Origin: Gemmatimonadota bacterium
Lineage (GTDB): Bacteria; Gemmatimonadota; Gemmatimonadetes; Gemmatimonadales; Gemmatimonadaceae
NCBI GenBank assembly: GCA_947462095.1
Contig: CANHNQ010000001.1
Coordinates: 12,929 to 76,928, forward strand
Direction: 5' to 3'
Length of the DNA: 64,000 nucleotides
Position 1 is the first letter of the stretch. The number at the start of each line of letters is the position of its first letter. Below the pieces are notes generated by a model. It did no database searches. It saw only the letters and a program-made list of their open reading frames with translations, and had not been told where the DNA came from. Positions 30,446 through 39,858 of this stretch are shown here, piece after piece. Both the position numbers and the translations under genes were made by a program.

Positions 30446-30715
30446 TCCCGACTGATTGCCGGTGATGTCGTGCCGACGCGTCGCGCGTCGGTGTGTTCGT
30501 GATGTGGCGCACCATCCCGCGTTCCGCTGGCGGCACAAGGCGTTACAGTGTGATCTGGCGCACCGCTCTGTGATGACGAAACGATGAAGACGCGATTTTG
30601 GTCACCTTTTGTGATAGAAGGGGCCGTTACGCTCCGATCCAGTTGTCGTCCAAAGGTTGAGTCCGCGAGCGAGGGTGATCCGCCGCGTGATTGGATTCCG
30701 TAGGAGCGGACTCGG

Positions 30716-30815
30716 GGAACGACAAAGGCAAACCATGCGAAAGCGTGGGACGCAAAGCTGCGGGGCTACCGCGATCACACACTGGTGATTGCCACGCCGG
30801 CCGAGCCACCGAACG
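30716..30815 (+). ncRNA. Cyclic di-GMP-I (GEMM-I) riboswitch
   Basis: AAAGGCAAACCATGC-GAAA-GCGTGGGACGCAAAGCTGCGGGGCTA...GCCACCGA matches the GGCAAACC-GNRA-GGGACGCAAAGC...ACCGA consensus; about 25 nt upstream of ATG 30840. Confidence 0.88.
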
Positions 30816-30839
30816 CGATTGGACCCATCGGAGGGCCAG

Positions 30840-32807
30840 ATGCACCCCAGGATGCAGCGGTTCGTTTTCGCCGCGACAGTTTTGATGTTGACCGCGTGCG
30901 GCCAGGATACGGCCAGTCCGACCGAGGTCATGAATTCGGCTGAGGACGGCGCGAACGCGCAGTACGCGGTCGTGTTGGCCAACGGCACCACGGAGATCAA
31001 GGTCGGCGAGATTTTCGCGCTTCGCGCGACCTCGTCGGTGCGGCGCAGCCGTGCGATTCGCTGGAGCAGCAGCAACACCAGCGTGGTCTCGGTGAGCTCG
31101 AGCGGCGTGGTGACCGGCCGCGCCGTCGGCGCGGCCACGGTAACGGCGACCGGCAGCAACGGCAGTAAATCCACGTTTGCGATCAAAGTTGTCGAGGCGA
31201 CGGTCACGACGACGACCACGACGACGACCGCAACCCCACGGGTTGTCACGGTGGACATTACGGCGCCGTCGCCCTCGATGGCGGTGGGCAGTTCCATGAC
31301 GCTGTATGCGACACCGCGTGACAGCGCTGGAAACTGGATCGCCGGACGTGCGGTAACGTGGTCCATGTCCGCAACCGCCGGATCCGCCATTACCGTCAGC
31401 GCCACCGGCGTGGTCACGGCGGTGACGGTGGGTTCTTCCGTGGTGCTCGCCACCATTGACGGAGTAACCAACGGACGATACCTCGAGGCGACCGCACCGA
31501 CGCAAACGCCGACGGTCACCGGACTCGCCATTTCCCCGAAGACTGGCACAACCCTTGCGCCCGGGGCAACCCGGCAGTTCTCTACCACGGCCACGTGGTC
31601 GGATCTGGCGACCCGCGCAGCCAGCGTAACCTACACAGCGACGGGAGGAACTATCTCCAGCAGCGGCTTGTACACAGCGGGTCAGCTGATCGGCTCCTTC
31701 ATGGTGATTGCGAACTGCGGCTGCGGTCGGGCGGACACCGCGGCGGTGTCGATTGCGTCGGCCACGGTGCCGGCGCAGCTGACGCGTCTGACGATCAGCC
31801 CGAAGACCGCGACCGTGAACGCCGGCGCGACGCAGCAGTTTGCCGCGACCGCGAACTGGAGCACCGGGGCGACCACGCTCCCGCCGATCGCGTACAGCGC
31901 GACGGGCGGTGTCGTGACGTCGGGCGGATTGTGGACGGCGCCAAGCACGAGCGGCACGTACAAGATCATCCTGGCGCACAGCGGCGGAACGCTGCGGGAT
32001 ACGGCGACGGTGACGGTGGCCGGGATTACGAACGACGTGACGTCGCCGCCGGCGCCGTCCCGGCCGAATGAGCCGGCAGGGTATACGATGTTGTCGGACA
32101 ACCCGATGGATGGCACGCAGCGGGGGCTCCCGTGGTGGCTGTACCAGCGAACGGCGGGCGACCTCGTTCAGGATGCCGCAACGAGCGGACCGCTCAGCCC
32201 CGGCAGTTCGTACCGATTCCTCTACAAGACGGGACTGCCGTTCGGTGAACAGCCTGGCGGACAGATGGGATTCACCGCGCCGTCGTCGACGGGCTACAGC
32301 GGATGGTACGAGTCGGGCGCCATTCAGATCGGTGTAAACAGTTTTGAAACGCAGTTGGTCGGCGTGAAGGCGCTCGGCTACTGGGGCGTTGGTGGAACCA
32401 GCGCGAAGCCGGCCGTCGAGTTCTACAACATCATCGAGGGGAATACGTCGAGCACGTCGGTGATGACGTCATGGAAGATCTGGTTCGGACAGCAGGGCCC
32501 GGGCCCGGTCGGACGTCGAATCGACATGAACATGAATACCTCCAAGCGATTGCTCGCCGGCACCTGGCATCGGTACGAGATGCTGGCCACGGCAAACACC
32601 ATGGGCGTCGCCAACGGTACCTTCAAGTTCTGGATCGATGGCGTGCAGGTGTTCGACTATAAGGACATGGTCTGGATCACCGCATCGAATCCCGTGATGT
32701 TCTATGGCCGGAAGATCGACCCGATCTGGGGCGGCGGCGGCGGGGCGTCTCGCTCGCGTGACGACTACATCTGGTGGGATCACGTGTACGTCTCCGTCAT
32801 TCCGTAG
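30840..32807 (+). CDS. Lipoprotein with four Ig-like (Big_2) domains and C-terminal jelly-roll/polysaccharide-lyase-like domain
   Basis: GGAGG RBS, lipobox LTAC, WSSSNTSVVSVSSSGVVTG repeats, Thr-rich linker, GTWHRYEM...ANGTFKFWIDG. Confidence 0.8.
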   Translation: MHPRMQRFVFAATVLMLTACGQDTASPTEVMNSAEDGANAQYAVVLANGTTEIKVGEIFALRATSSVRRSRAIRWSSSNTSVVSVSSSGVVTGRAVGAATVTATGSNGSKSTFAIKVVEATVTTTTTTTTATPRVVTVDITAPSPSMAVGSSMTLYATPRDSAGNWIAGRAVTWSMSATAGSAITVSATGVVTAVTVGSSVVLATIDGVTNGRYLEATAPTQTPTVTGLAISPKTGTTLAPGATRQFSTTATWSDLATRAASVTYTATGGTISSSGLYTAGQLIGSFMVIANCGCGRADTAAVSIASATVPAQLTRLTISPKTATVNAGATQQFAATANWSTGATTLPPIAYSATGGVVTSGGLWTAPSTSGTYKIILAHSGGTLRDTATVTVAGITNDVTSPPAPSRPNEPAGYTMLSDNPMDGTQRGLPWWLYQRTAGDLVQDAATSGPLSPGSSYRFLYKTGLPFGEQPGGQMGFTAPSSTGYSGWYESGAIQIGVNSFETQLVGVKALGYWGVGGTSAKPAVEFYNIIEGNTSSTSVMTSWKIWFGQQGPGPVGRRIDMNMNTSKRLLAGTWHRYEMLATANTMGVANGTFKFWIDGVQVFDYKDMVWITASNPVMFYGRKIDPIWGGGGGASRSRDDYIWWDHVYVSVIP

Positions 32808-32866
32808 TCGCGCCGCGACGTGAGTTGCTCGGCACCTCGCTGCTGAATTCAAATCGCACCGGTGAA

Positions 32867-32914
32867 TTGGTGGAGGCGCCCCGACGTGAAGAGTCGTCGG
32901 GGCGCCTTCATCAA
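32867..32914 (+). terminator. Strong hairpin / probable terminator
   Basis: AGGCGCCCCGACG-N8-CGTCGGGGCGCCT followed by TCATCAA; weak U-tract. Confidence 0.6.
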
Positions 32915-33261
32915 CATTGGCCATGCTGATCCCTATTTGTTCGCGGGCGAATGGAGCCAACGGCGCACGGCGGCGATCGGTTGCCGACGAGTCCGATGCC
33001 GCTGAGGGACGAGCGCCTGATGGGCTCGGTCCGAGCGCCGGCGACGGGGCGCGCCGTGACATGCGCCGCTCGGGTTCGTCTTCAAGTGCGGACCGTCTGA
33101 TGCCTCGATCTGATGCCACTGGTGTAACGGTGGAGGCGTGCGTCCGCTAGCTTGCACGTGGGCCCGAGATCGTCGCCGCAGCGGCTGCGTGAAGGAGTGC
33201 CGTTGCCTCGCGCACCATCGTCCGAGCCTACGGCATTCTGAAGAACCGACCTTGAAGGAGC

Positions 33262-34743
33262 TTGGAGAGCGTGGCGACACGAGCCGTTTCCCGGGAGAGT
33301 TCCGGGACCATTCCTGAAGCGATGGCCTCGCTCAGGTTCAGCGCGATCTGGAGTGGGTTCTGGGCGGAGCCATGGTCCTTCAAGTGGACCTGCCTCTACG
33401 TCTTTTTCGAGTATGTCCGGCCGCAGCAGATCTATGAATCGCTGCAGGGACCGCCCTATGCGCTCTTCTGCATCGGGGTGGCCGCCCTTTCCTTCGTCGT
33501 GGAAGGGTTGCGCTTTCGCTCGAAGAGCATGCTGAACTGGCTCATGCTGGCGTTCACCCTCGTGGTGGTGCTGAGCAGCACATTCGCGTCGTATCCTGAG
33601 ATTTCATTCAGCAAGCTCAATAATTACGTAAACTGGATCATCGCGTTCATTCTGATCGCCAATTCGGCCAGCACCGAACGCCGATGGTTCCTGTTCATCC
33701 TGCTGTTCATGCTCTGGAACACCAAAATGAGCCAGCACGGGTTCCGGTCGTTTCTCGTTGGATCCTGGGGCAACGGCGGGGCCCCGGGTTGGTTCCGGAA
33801 TTCCGGGGAGTTCGCGCTCGAGATGTGTCTCTTCATCCCGCTCGCGTTCCACTTCATGGTAGGCTTGGCTCCCCGTCTCTCGCGAACACAGCTTGTGCTC
33901 CTCGCCTTCCTACCGGTGAGTGCCGTGCTGTCGGTGGTGGCCTCGGGGTCGCGCGGTGGGCAGCTGGCCTTGGCCTGCGTCGGGTTGTGGATGCTGATGC
34001 GAAGCCGAACCAAAGTGCGCGGACTGCTCGTACTGGCGGTGGTGACTCCGCTCATTTGGCTCGCGATCCCGGCGTCACAGAAAGAGCGCTTTAATGATAT
34101 CGGCACCGACAATACGTCGCTCGCGCGCATCGCCTATTGGAAGGCGGGCAGAGAGATGGCCAAGAATCACCCGTTTCTCGGCGTCGGCTACGAGAACTGG
34201 GTGCCGTACTACAAGAGCAACTACGCCGCGAAGTCCGGGCTCGTCGAACGCCTCAACATTCGCGGCGAGCCCGTGGTCGAGGTCTCGCACAACAGCTTCA
34301 TCGAGGTCATGTCGCAGCTTGGCTATACCGGCCTCGCGCTCTTCTGCGCTCTGCTGGGAGCGATCTGGTACGTGAACGGCCGCACACGCCGTGTGTTGAA
34401 GCAACTCGGCGAGCGCGGGCGATTCATGCAGCACATGTCGCTCGGTCTCGATGCGGGCGTGGTGGGGTTCGCCGTTGCCGGCTTCTTCATGGCGGTGGCC
34501 TTCTACCCGTTTCTCTGGTTTCAGCTCGCCATGACCGCGGGATTGCACGCCGCTGCGCTTGGGCTTGTCCAAGGGACGCGCTCCGGATCTGAGGCGTTGC
34601 GCACACCGATCGGTGCGCCGCGATCGTGGGCCGGAGGGGCTGCGTCACCGGCGGCTGGCTGGCGTAATCCGCACGCGCGTCCGAGCCGGGCCGTGTACAC
34701 GAACCGTCGCGCCATCCTCGATCCTCGTCCCGAAGGCGCCTAG
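33262..34743 (+). CDS. O-antigen ligase / Wzy polymerase family protein (exosortase A system type)
   Basis: Multiple TMs, SGSRGG, ARIAYWKAG...HPFLGVG, SHNSFIEVMSQLGYTG. Confidence 0.88.
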   Translation: MESVATRAVSRESSGTIPEAMASLRFSAIWSGFWAEPWSFKWTCLYVFFEYVRPQQIYESLQGPPYALFCIGVAALSFVVEGLRFRSKSMLNWLMLAFTLVVVLSSTFASYPEISFSKLNNYVNWIIAFILIANSASTERRWFLFILLFMLWNTKMSQHGFRSFLVGSWGNGGAPGWFRNSGEFALEMCLFIPLAFHFMVGLAPRLSRTQLVLLAFLPVSAVLSVVASGSRGGQLALACVGLWMLMRSRTKVRGLLVLAVVTPLIWLAIPASQKERFNDIGTDNTSLARIAYWKAGREMAKNHPFLGVGYENWVPYYKSNYAAKSGLVERLNIRGEPVVEVSHNSFIEVMSQLGYTGLALFCALLGAIWYVNGRTRRVLKQLGERGRFMQHMSLGLDAGVVGFAVAGFFMAVAFYPFLWFQLAMTAGLHAAALGLVQGTRSGSEALRTPIGAPRSWAGGAASPAAGWRNPHARPSRAVYTNRRAILDPRPEGA

Positions 34744-35900
34744 TGCCACGCGAGCGAGATGTCCGCACGCCGGACATCGAACGGGTAGCGGTCATGATCG
34801 AGTCCGATGGCCCCGGCGGAGCGGAGTCGATGGTCCTCGCGTTGGCCGACGGTCTCGCGGCGCGCGGCATCGACGTACGCCCCGCCGTTTTTGCCGGCGG
34901 TGAGGGTTGGCTCACTCAGCGTCTGCAGGCGGCCGGCCACTCGGTGTATCTCCCCAAGCTCTCGCGGCCGCTGGACGCCGGCGTGGCCGTACACATGGCC
35001 CGATGGGTGCGCGAGCAACGACTCAGCGTCCTGCATGCGCACGAGTTCACGATGGGGTTTTACGCGGGGGTAGCCGGTGCGCTTGCACGGACGCCGCACG
35101 TGCTGACCATGCACGGCGGAACCACCTTCGCCACCGCGATGCGACGTCGCGTCGCGCTCGGACTGTCCGCTCGGCGCGCCACGGCGGTTGTCGGCGTGTC
35201 CGAAAGTACGTGCGAGCATCTCGCCACTTCGCTGAACATGGCTGCGTCACGCGTCGAACTGGTGCCGAACGGTGTCAGGCACCGGCCGGGTGATCGCGAT
35301 GCGACGCGCGCAGCGCTCGGGCTGGGCCGCGCCGATCAACTCCTGCTGGCCGTGGGCAATCTGTACGAGGTGAAAGGGCACAGCACCCTCGTTGCCGCCG
35401 CTGCACAGGTGGTGCATCGTGAGGGGCTGCCACCATGGCGCATTGCGATCGCCGGGCGAGGCGATCAGGAACGATCGCTCCGTGAGCACATCACGGCGGC
35501 TGGTCTCGACGGCCACGTGCAGCTGCTTGGGTTGCGCAGTGATATTCCTGACTTGCTTGCCGCCGCGGATGGCTGGGTGATGCCCTCGCTGAACGAGGGG
35601 CTCCCCTTGGCGCTGTTGGAAGCGATGCTCGCGGGGCTGCCCGTCGTCGCATCGGCGGTTGGAGGCATCCCCACGCTCGTGCGGCCGGGTGAGACCGGCG
35701 TCCTGGTGCCGACGGGAAACGCCGAGGCCCTTGCGGACGCACTCGAGACGTTGCTTCGCCAGCCGCATCGCGCACAGGCATTGGCTCACGAAGGCAGGCG
35801 GCTTGTGAACGAGCAATACAGCTTTGATGCCATGATCGACCGCTATCTGTCGATCTATCGGCGCGCCATTCACTCTCGAAAGGGTCTTGGCCACGGCTGA
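34743..35900 (+). CDS. GT4 family glycosyltransferase
   Basis: GGAE, VPNG, VKGH, EGLPLALLEAM, VGGIP. Confidence 0.93.
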   Translation: MPRERDVRTPDIERVAVMIESDGPGGAESMVLALADGLAARGIDVRPAVFAGGEGWLTQRLQAAGHSVYLPKLSRPLDAGVAVHMARWVREQRLSVLHAHEFTMGFYAGVAGALARTPHVLTMHGGTTFATAMRRRVALGLSARRATAVVGVSESTCEHLATSLNMAASRVELVPNGVRHRPGDRDATRAALGLGRADQLLLAVGNLYEVKGHSTLVAAAAQVVHREGLPPWRIAIAGRGDQERSLREHITAAGLDGHVQLLGLRSDIPDLLAAADGWVMPSLNEGLPLALLEAMLAGLPVVASAVGGIPTLVRPGETGVLVPTGNAEALADALETLLRQPHRAQALAHEGRRLVNEQYSFDAMIDRYLSIYRRAIHSRKGLGHG

Positions 35901-36054
35901 GCAGATGTGGTGCAGCCCCGAACAGTACGAGCACGCGGAAATGCTTGACATCTTCATTCGGGAACCGAACCTCGTGGCACGTGCTCCACGCAACGGGCCC
36001 GTCAATGCGCCTCGAGAAACGAGCGAGGGCTTCGTGCGTGCCCGTGCGCGTCGG

Positions 36055-36288
36055 TCACGCGCGGCGCGCGGCCACGTACTTCCGGACGGAATCGTAGGAT
36101 GTAAGCAGCAGAGAATCATCAAGATCGATCTCCAGATCGAACTCGCTCTCGAGGGCTGTCATCAGGGTCACATGGGCCAACGAATCCCAAGACGGGGATA
36201 CCCCCTGTGCGGTCGAGGTGACATCGGCATCGGCCGGGAGTTCCAGCACCGCGCGGACCAGCTCCTGAAGTGTTACGTCGACAGACAT
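36055..36288 (-). CDS. Stand-alone acyl carrier protein (77 aa)
   Basis: WDSLAHVTLMTALESEFDLEI phosphopantetheine-Ser motif; acidic; TACCAT-N6-ATG start. Confidence 0.9.
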   Translation of the reverse strand: MSVDVTLQELVRAVLELPADADVTSTAQGVSPSWDSLAHVTLMTALESEFDLEIDLDDSLLLTSYDSVRKYVAARRA

Positions 36289-36305
36289 GATCGGATGGTA
36301 AATGG

Positions 36306-37460
36306 TCAGAATGATTCGTCGGAATAGCCATCGCCACGGGTGAGCCACCACGTGTCGAGGGTGGCGGGCCAGCGACCCTGCTGGGCATCATCACGCAAAA
36401 AGAAATGAATGGTGCCGCCCAGTGGAACAAACAGCTGACGGCGGAGGGCGGCCACCGCTGCCTGATGCGATGCCGACGCAATCACGGCGTCAGCCTTCAA
36501 CTCCGTGGCCATGGTGATCCCCGCGCGAATCGTCGCTGCGGCGGCGTCTCGGTCGCGCGGATCGAACAGGAAATCGGAGAAGCTGGCAACACGGATCCCT
36601 TGCAGTCGTGCGTCACCGGTTTCTCCCGGTTCGCGCACAATGGCCAAGCCCACCGGCTGACCCGCGCGCCGGGCGAATGCGAAGTGGTACTGGGCACCGG
36701 CGTCCACGGAGGCATAGCGGGTCAGTAGCGCATCGGCGTCGCGTACGGGGCCAGCAGCGATGCCGGTGCTCGCGCGGCGCCAGAGTGCCTCCAACTCCGC
36801 GGGGTCGGGTGCCGCAATCCGATCAACCCGGTCGCGTGAGCGCCCGTGGACTGCCTCGAGGCACGACAACCCGGCGGTGCCGAGGGCTCCGGATATGCCG
36901 GCCAGTTTGACGTCGCGAAGCAGTTGGAGGGCTTTCGGGGCCCACGACGGCAGCGGTCCTAGGGCCAGCAAGGACGGATCCAACTTCTCCAGAAGGGGGC
37001 CAATGCGCAGCGGGCGGAGGAAATTCCCCATAGCGCCGAAGGGCGCATACCCCAGCGCCCCGAAGAGCCGCTTGGAGCCTGAAGCGACCGTTACCGAACT
37101 GGCCAGAGGCATGGCCCGCGTAAGTGACTTGAGCACGTGAGCGCCGACCGGCCCGTTCCGGAACTCCGGAAGCACCATCAGCCCCTTGGCCCAATATCCA
37201 CCACGTTCGCTTTCCCCGTCCCAATGGCGAACCGGCAAGCTTGAACAGTACCCGATCACGCGGTCCTGCTGCAACGCAATGATCGTTGGTGGGTGCACCC
37301 CCGGCTCTACCGGATTCGATGCCGCGGCTTGCTGTCTGGAGACTAATACGTCCTGTGCTGTTCCAGTTGCGTTCCACACCACGCGAAAAAACTCCGCCAG
37401 CATGGTGGCGTGTTCATCAGTGGCGGCAATGACGCTGAGTCGTGTGGACGTGGTGTTCAT
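36306..37460 (-). CDS. Tandem GNAT-fold acyltransferase
   Basis: LMVLPEFRNGPVG motif A; C-terminal WWLTRGDG; directly upstream of the ACP gene. Confidence 0.7.
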   Translation of the reverse strand: MNTTSTRLSVIAATDEHATMLAEFFRVVWNATGTAQDVLVSRQQAAASNPVEPGVHPPTIIALQQDRVIGYCSSLPVRHWDGESERGGYWAKGLMVLPEFRNGPVGAHVLKSLTRAMPLASSVTVASGSKRLFGALGYAPFGAMGNFLRPLRIGPLLEKLDPSLLALGPLPSWAPKALQLLRDVKLAGISGALGTAGLSCLEAVHGRSRDRVDRIAAPDPAELEALWRRASTGIAAGPVRDADALLTRYASVDAGAQYHFAFARRAGQPVGLAIVREPGETGDARLQGIRVASFSDFLFDPRDRDAAAATIRAGITMATELKADAVIASASHQAAVAALRRQLFVPLGGTIHFFLRDDAQQGRWPATLDTWWLTRGDGYSDESF

Positions 37461-37541
37461 GCACAGGGAAGGAGTCCGGCGGTGACGGTGATGCGCCGGA
37501 ATTTCAGGCGACCACGAGTGACGAGTGGTCGAACTGGCTCG

Positions 37542-37994
37542 TCACGCAATCGACGGTGCCTGAATGAGTTCGATCAATTGGAGGTTGGGCATCATCAGGA
37601 ACGTGATGAGGCGCTGGTCGAAGGCGACGGCGGAAACAGGCTCCACCACAATGCGGGCTCGGACCGCGAGTGCGCCACGGAGCGCATCGTCAAAGTGCGG
37701 CGTTTCCCACGCCAGATGATACTGGCGGATCCCGCGGCGTAACCACGGGGCAAGGACCGTCCCGCTGACAATTTCGACGAGTAGTTCAAGGCGTGGTCCA
37801 CCGCCGATCAAAAATCGTCCACGGACGCCCTGAATCGGATCCTCAAAGTCTGGCCGTTCGACGGTGTATCCGAGCGCCGAGTAGACCGCCGCCTCGCGAT
37901 CGAGGTGCTTGCAGGCGATGCCGATATGGTGAAATACCGCCGGCACATCGAACAGTCTGGTGGTGTCGTCCGCTCCTTTCATTCCAACGATCAT
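37542..37994 (-). CDS. VOC superfamily protein (methylmalonyl-CoA epimerase-like)
   Basis: FHHIGIAC, DPIQGVRGRF, LELL, YHLAWE, LIELIQ (His/Glu/His/Glu metal ligands). Confidence 0.85.
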   Translation of the reverse strand: MIVGMKGADDTTRLFDVPAVFHHIGIACKHLDREAAVYSALGYTVERPDFEDPIQGVRGRFLIGGGPRLELLVEIVSGTVLAPWLRRGIRQYHLAWETPHFDDALRGALAVRARIVVEPVSAVAFDQRLITFLMMPNLQLIELIQAPSIA

Positions 37995-38199
37995 AGTATC
38001 TTCTCCCGATGATTACCAGCAGACGGCGGTGTGTCCCGCGGTCAGGGACCACCGCAGTGCCCACGGCGGTGAGTCATCCGCGCATTCGCCCGGTAGCGAC
38101 ACCGATCAGCCGGGTTGCCGCTCAGCTCATCCGGGTACTCGAGAATCAGCGTATGCTGGTATTGGGAGCGGTCCTTTCGCTGACCGGTGGAGCCCTACC

Positions 38200-39858
38200 G
38201 TGAACTTCTTACAAGCGCACGCGATCGTAAAGGCGTTCGCGGGCGGTCCTGCCTTGCCGTTCTTGGTGGGCATGTCGGGCACGGCTGAGCCGCTGAGCGT
38301 CTTCTTGTCCGCTGCCGCTGCGCAGCACGGATACGAGGCGACGTTGCGGTTCCTTCCCTTTAATACGCTGCAGCAGGCGGTTCACGAGTCGCGCGCGCCG
38401 GATGAGCACGAGTGCTTTGTCCTGATGCCCTGGGACCTGGTGCCCGAACTGGACTGGAGAACCGGGCTCTCGCGGACAGAATTGCAGGAACCCGAACTGC
38501 AGGCGCGCGCGCATGACCTACTGCGTCGGCTGGCCGAACGAGGCGCGCGCGTTGTATACGTGCCCGCACCATGCCCCCCCCTTTGGCTTGATCCGTTGCG
38601 CAACGCGTCGCTGCTCCAGTGGCTGCTCGGGGCGGCACTTCAGGTGCGCGCGACAGTGACCGACGAGAGCGTCTTCTCGCTGAGATCGTACCTCGCGTCG
38701 GGGCTCCCGATCGACACGACGCAGCTCGGTGCGGTCGCCTCGGTCATCGTGAGCGCGATCACCGACACGACCCGATTCCCTGAATCGCCGTCCGCCAAGG
38801 TACTCGTCACCGATCTCGACAACACGTTGTGGTCTGGCATCATCGGGGATGATGGCGTGGAGGGCATCGCCTATCGACCCGAGGGCAAAGGGTATCGGCA
38901 CTTCATCTACCAGACCGCGCTCCGTCGATTGCGCGAGTCCGGTGTGTTACTAGCGGTCGTGTCGAAGAACGACGAACAGCCGGCGCTCGCCCCGTTTGCG
39001 GTTGGCGACATGGTCCTCGACCGCGCGGACTTCGTCGCATTCTACGCGTCGTGGAACGCCAAGTCGGCCCAGATTCGGGCGCTCGCCGAGCAGCTCAACC
39101 TCGGCCTTGACGCGTTCGTCTTCGTGGACGACAACCCCGTCGAACTCGCCGAAGTTGAGCGCGAACTTCCGACCGTTCATCGACTGCAGTTTCCCAGTAG
39201 CGAGAAGGCCTTGCCGACGCTGCTCGCGGAGCTGACTCGGCTCTTCGCGCGAGCGGCCATCACCGACGAGGACAGAGAACGGACCGAACTGTATCAACGA
39301 CGGCTGCAGTCGGCCGTGCCGAGCGCTGCCAGCGGCGGAGACGTCTACGCGTTCCTTCGCGAGCTCGACATGACCATGACGATTCGTGATCGCTCAACTG
39401 GCGACCGGACCAGAGCGATCCAACTGATCAACAAGACCAATCAGTTCAATCTGAACGGTCGGCGGCTGGATGACAGCGAGGTGTCGGCCCAGCTCGCCGC
39501 CGGGAGTCGGCTGCTCACCGCGACACTCTCGGATCGGACAGGGAGTCACGGCGAGGTGCTGGCGGCGCTCATCGACAACGCCGGTTGCATCACCTCGATG
39601 GTGATGTCGTGTCGGGTGTTTCAGCGGCGCGTGGAGTTCGCGTTTCTCGCTTGGGTCGCGGCGCGCGCGTCGCTCGTGCGGAGCGCCGACTACGTCGAGA
39701 CCGATCGCAACGCGCCCGTCGGTCGATTCGTGTCCGAGCTCGGGGCGGCGAACGCAGAGGACGGACCGCTGCGCATTGATGGAGAGGCGATTGCCGCACG
39801 ATTCGCCCGCGACGTCGCGCTGTTCACGATCGTTGCCGACGAGAGCGCCTCCTGGTGA
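38200..39858 (+). CDS. FkbH-like HAD-IIIC glyceryl transferase/phosphatase
   Basis: TDLDNTLWSGIIGDDG, VSKN, WNAKS, FVDDNPVE, QLINKTNQFNL, MSCRV; GGAG RBS before GTG 38200. Confidence 0.93.
   Translation: MNFLQAHAIVKAFAGGPALPFLVGMSGTAEPLSVFLSAAAAQHGYEATLRFLPFNTLQQAVHESRAPDEHECFVLMPWDLVPELDWRTGLSRTELQEPELQARAHDLLRRLAERGARVVYVPAPCPPLWLDPLRNASLLQWLLGAALQVRATVTDESVFSLRSYLASGLPIDTTQLGAVASVIVSAITDTTRFPESPSAKVLVTDLDNTLWSGIIGDDGVEGIAYRPEGKGYRHFIYQTALRRLRESGVLLAVVSKNDEQPALAPFAVGDMVLDRADFVAFYASWNAKSAQIRALAEQLNLGLDAFVFVDDNPVELAEVERELPTVHRLQFPSSEKALPTLLAELTRLFARAAITDEDRERTELYQRRLQSAVPSAASGGDVYAFLRELDMTMTIRDRSTGDRTRAIQLINKTNQFNLNGRRLDDSEVSAQLAAGSRLLTATLSDRTGSHGEVLAALIDNAGCITSMVMSCRVFQRRVEFAFLAWVAARASLVRSADYVETDRNAPVGRFVSELGAANAEDGPLRIDGEAIAARFARDVALFTIVADESASW

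Noticed and set aside
31200-31235. ACG-type trinucleotide repeat
   Set aside because: Encodes a Thr-rich linker between Ig domains; in-frame and imperfect, so not a phase-variation tract.
32829-32845. Possible sigma54 promoter CGGCAC-CTCGC-TGC
   Set aside because: GG-to-GC spacing is 9 nt rather than the required 10.
37960-38199. N-terminal extension of FkbH
   Set aside because: Low-complexity, overlaps the VOC gene; the RBS supports GTG 38200.
36055-39858. PKS/NRPS cluster suggested by FkbH plus ACP
   Set aside because: No KS, AT, A or C domains in the window; the context is polysaccharide biosynthesis.
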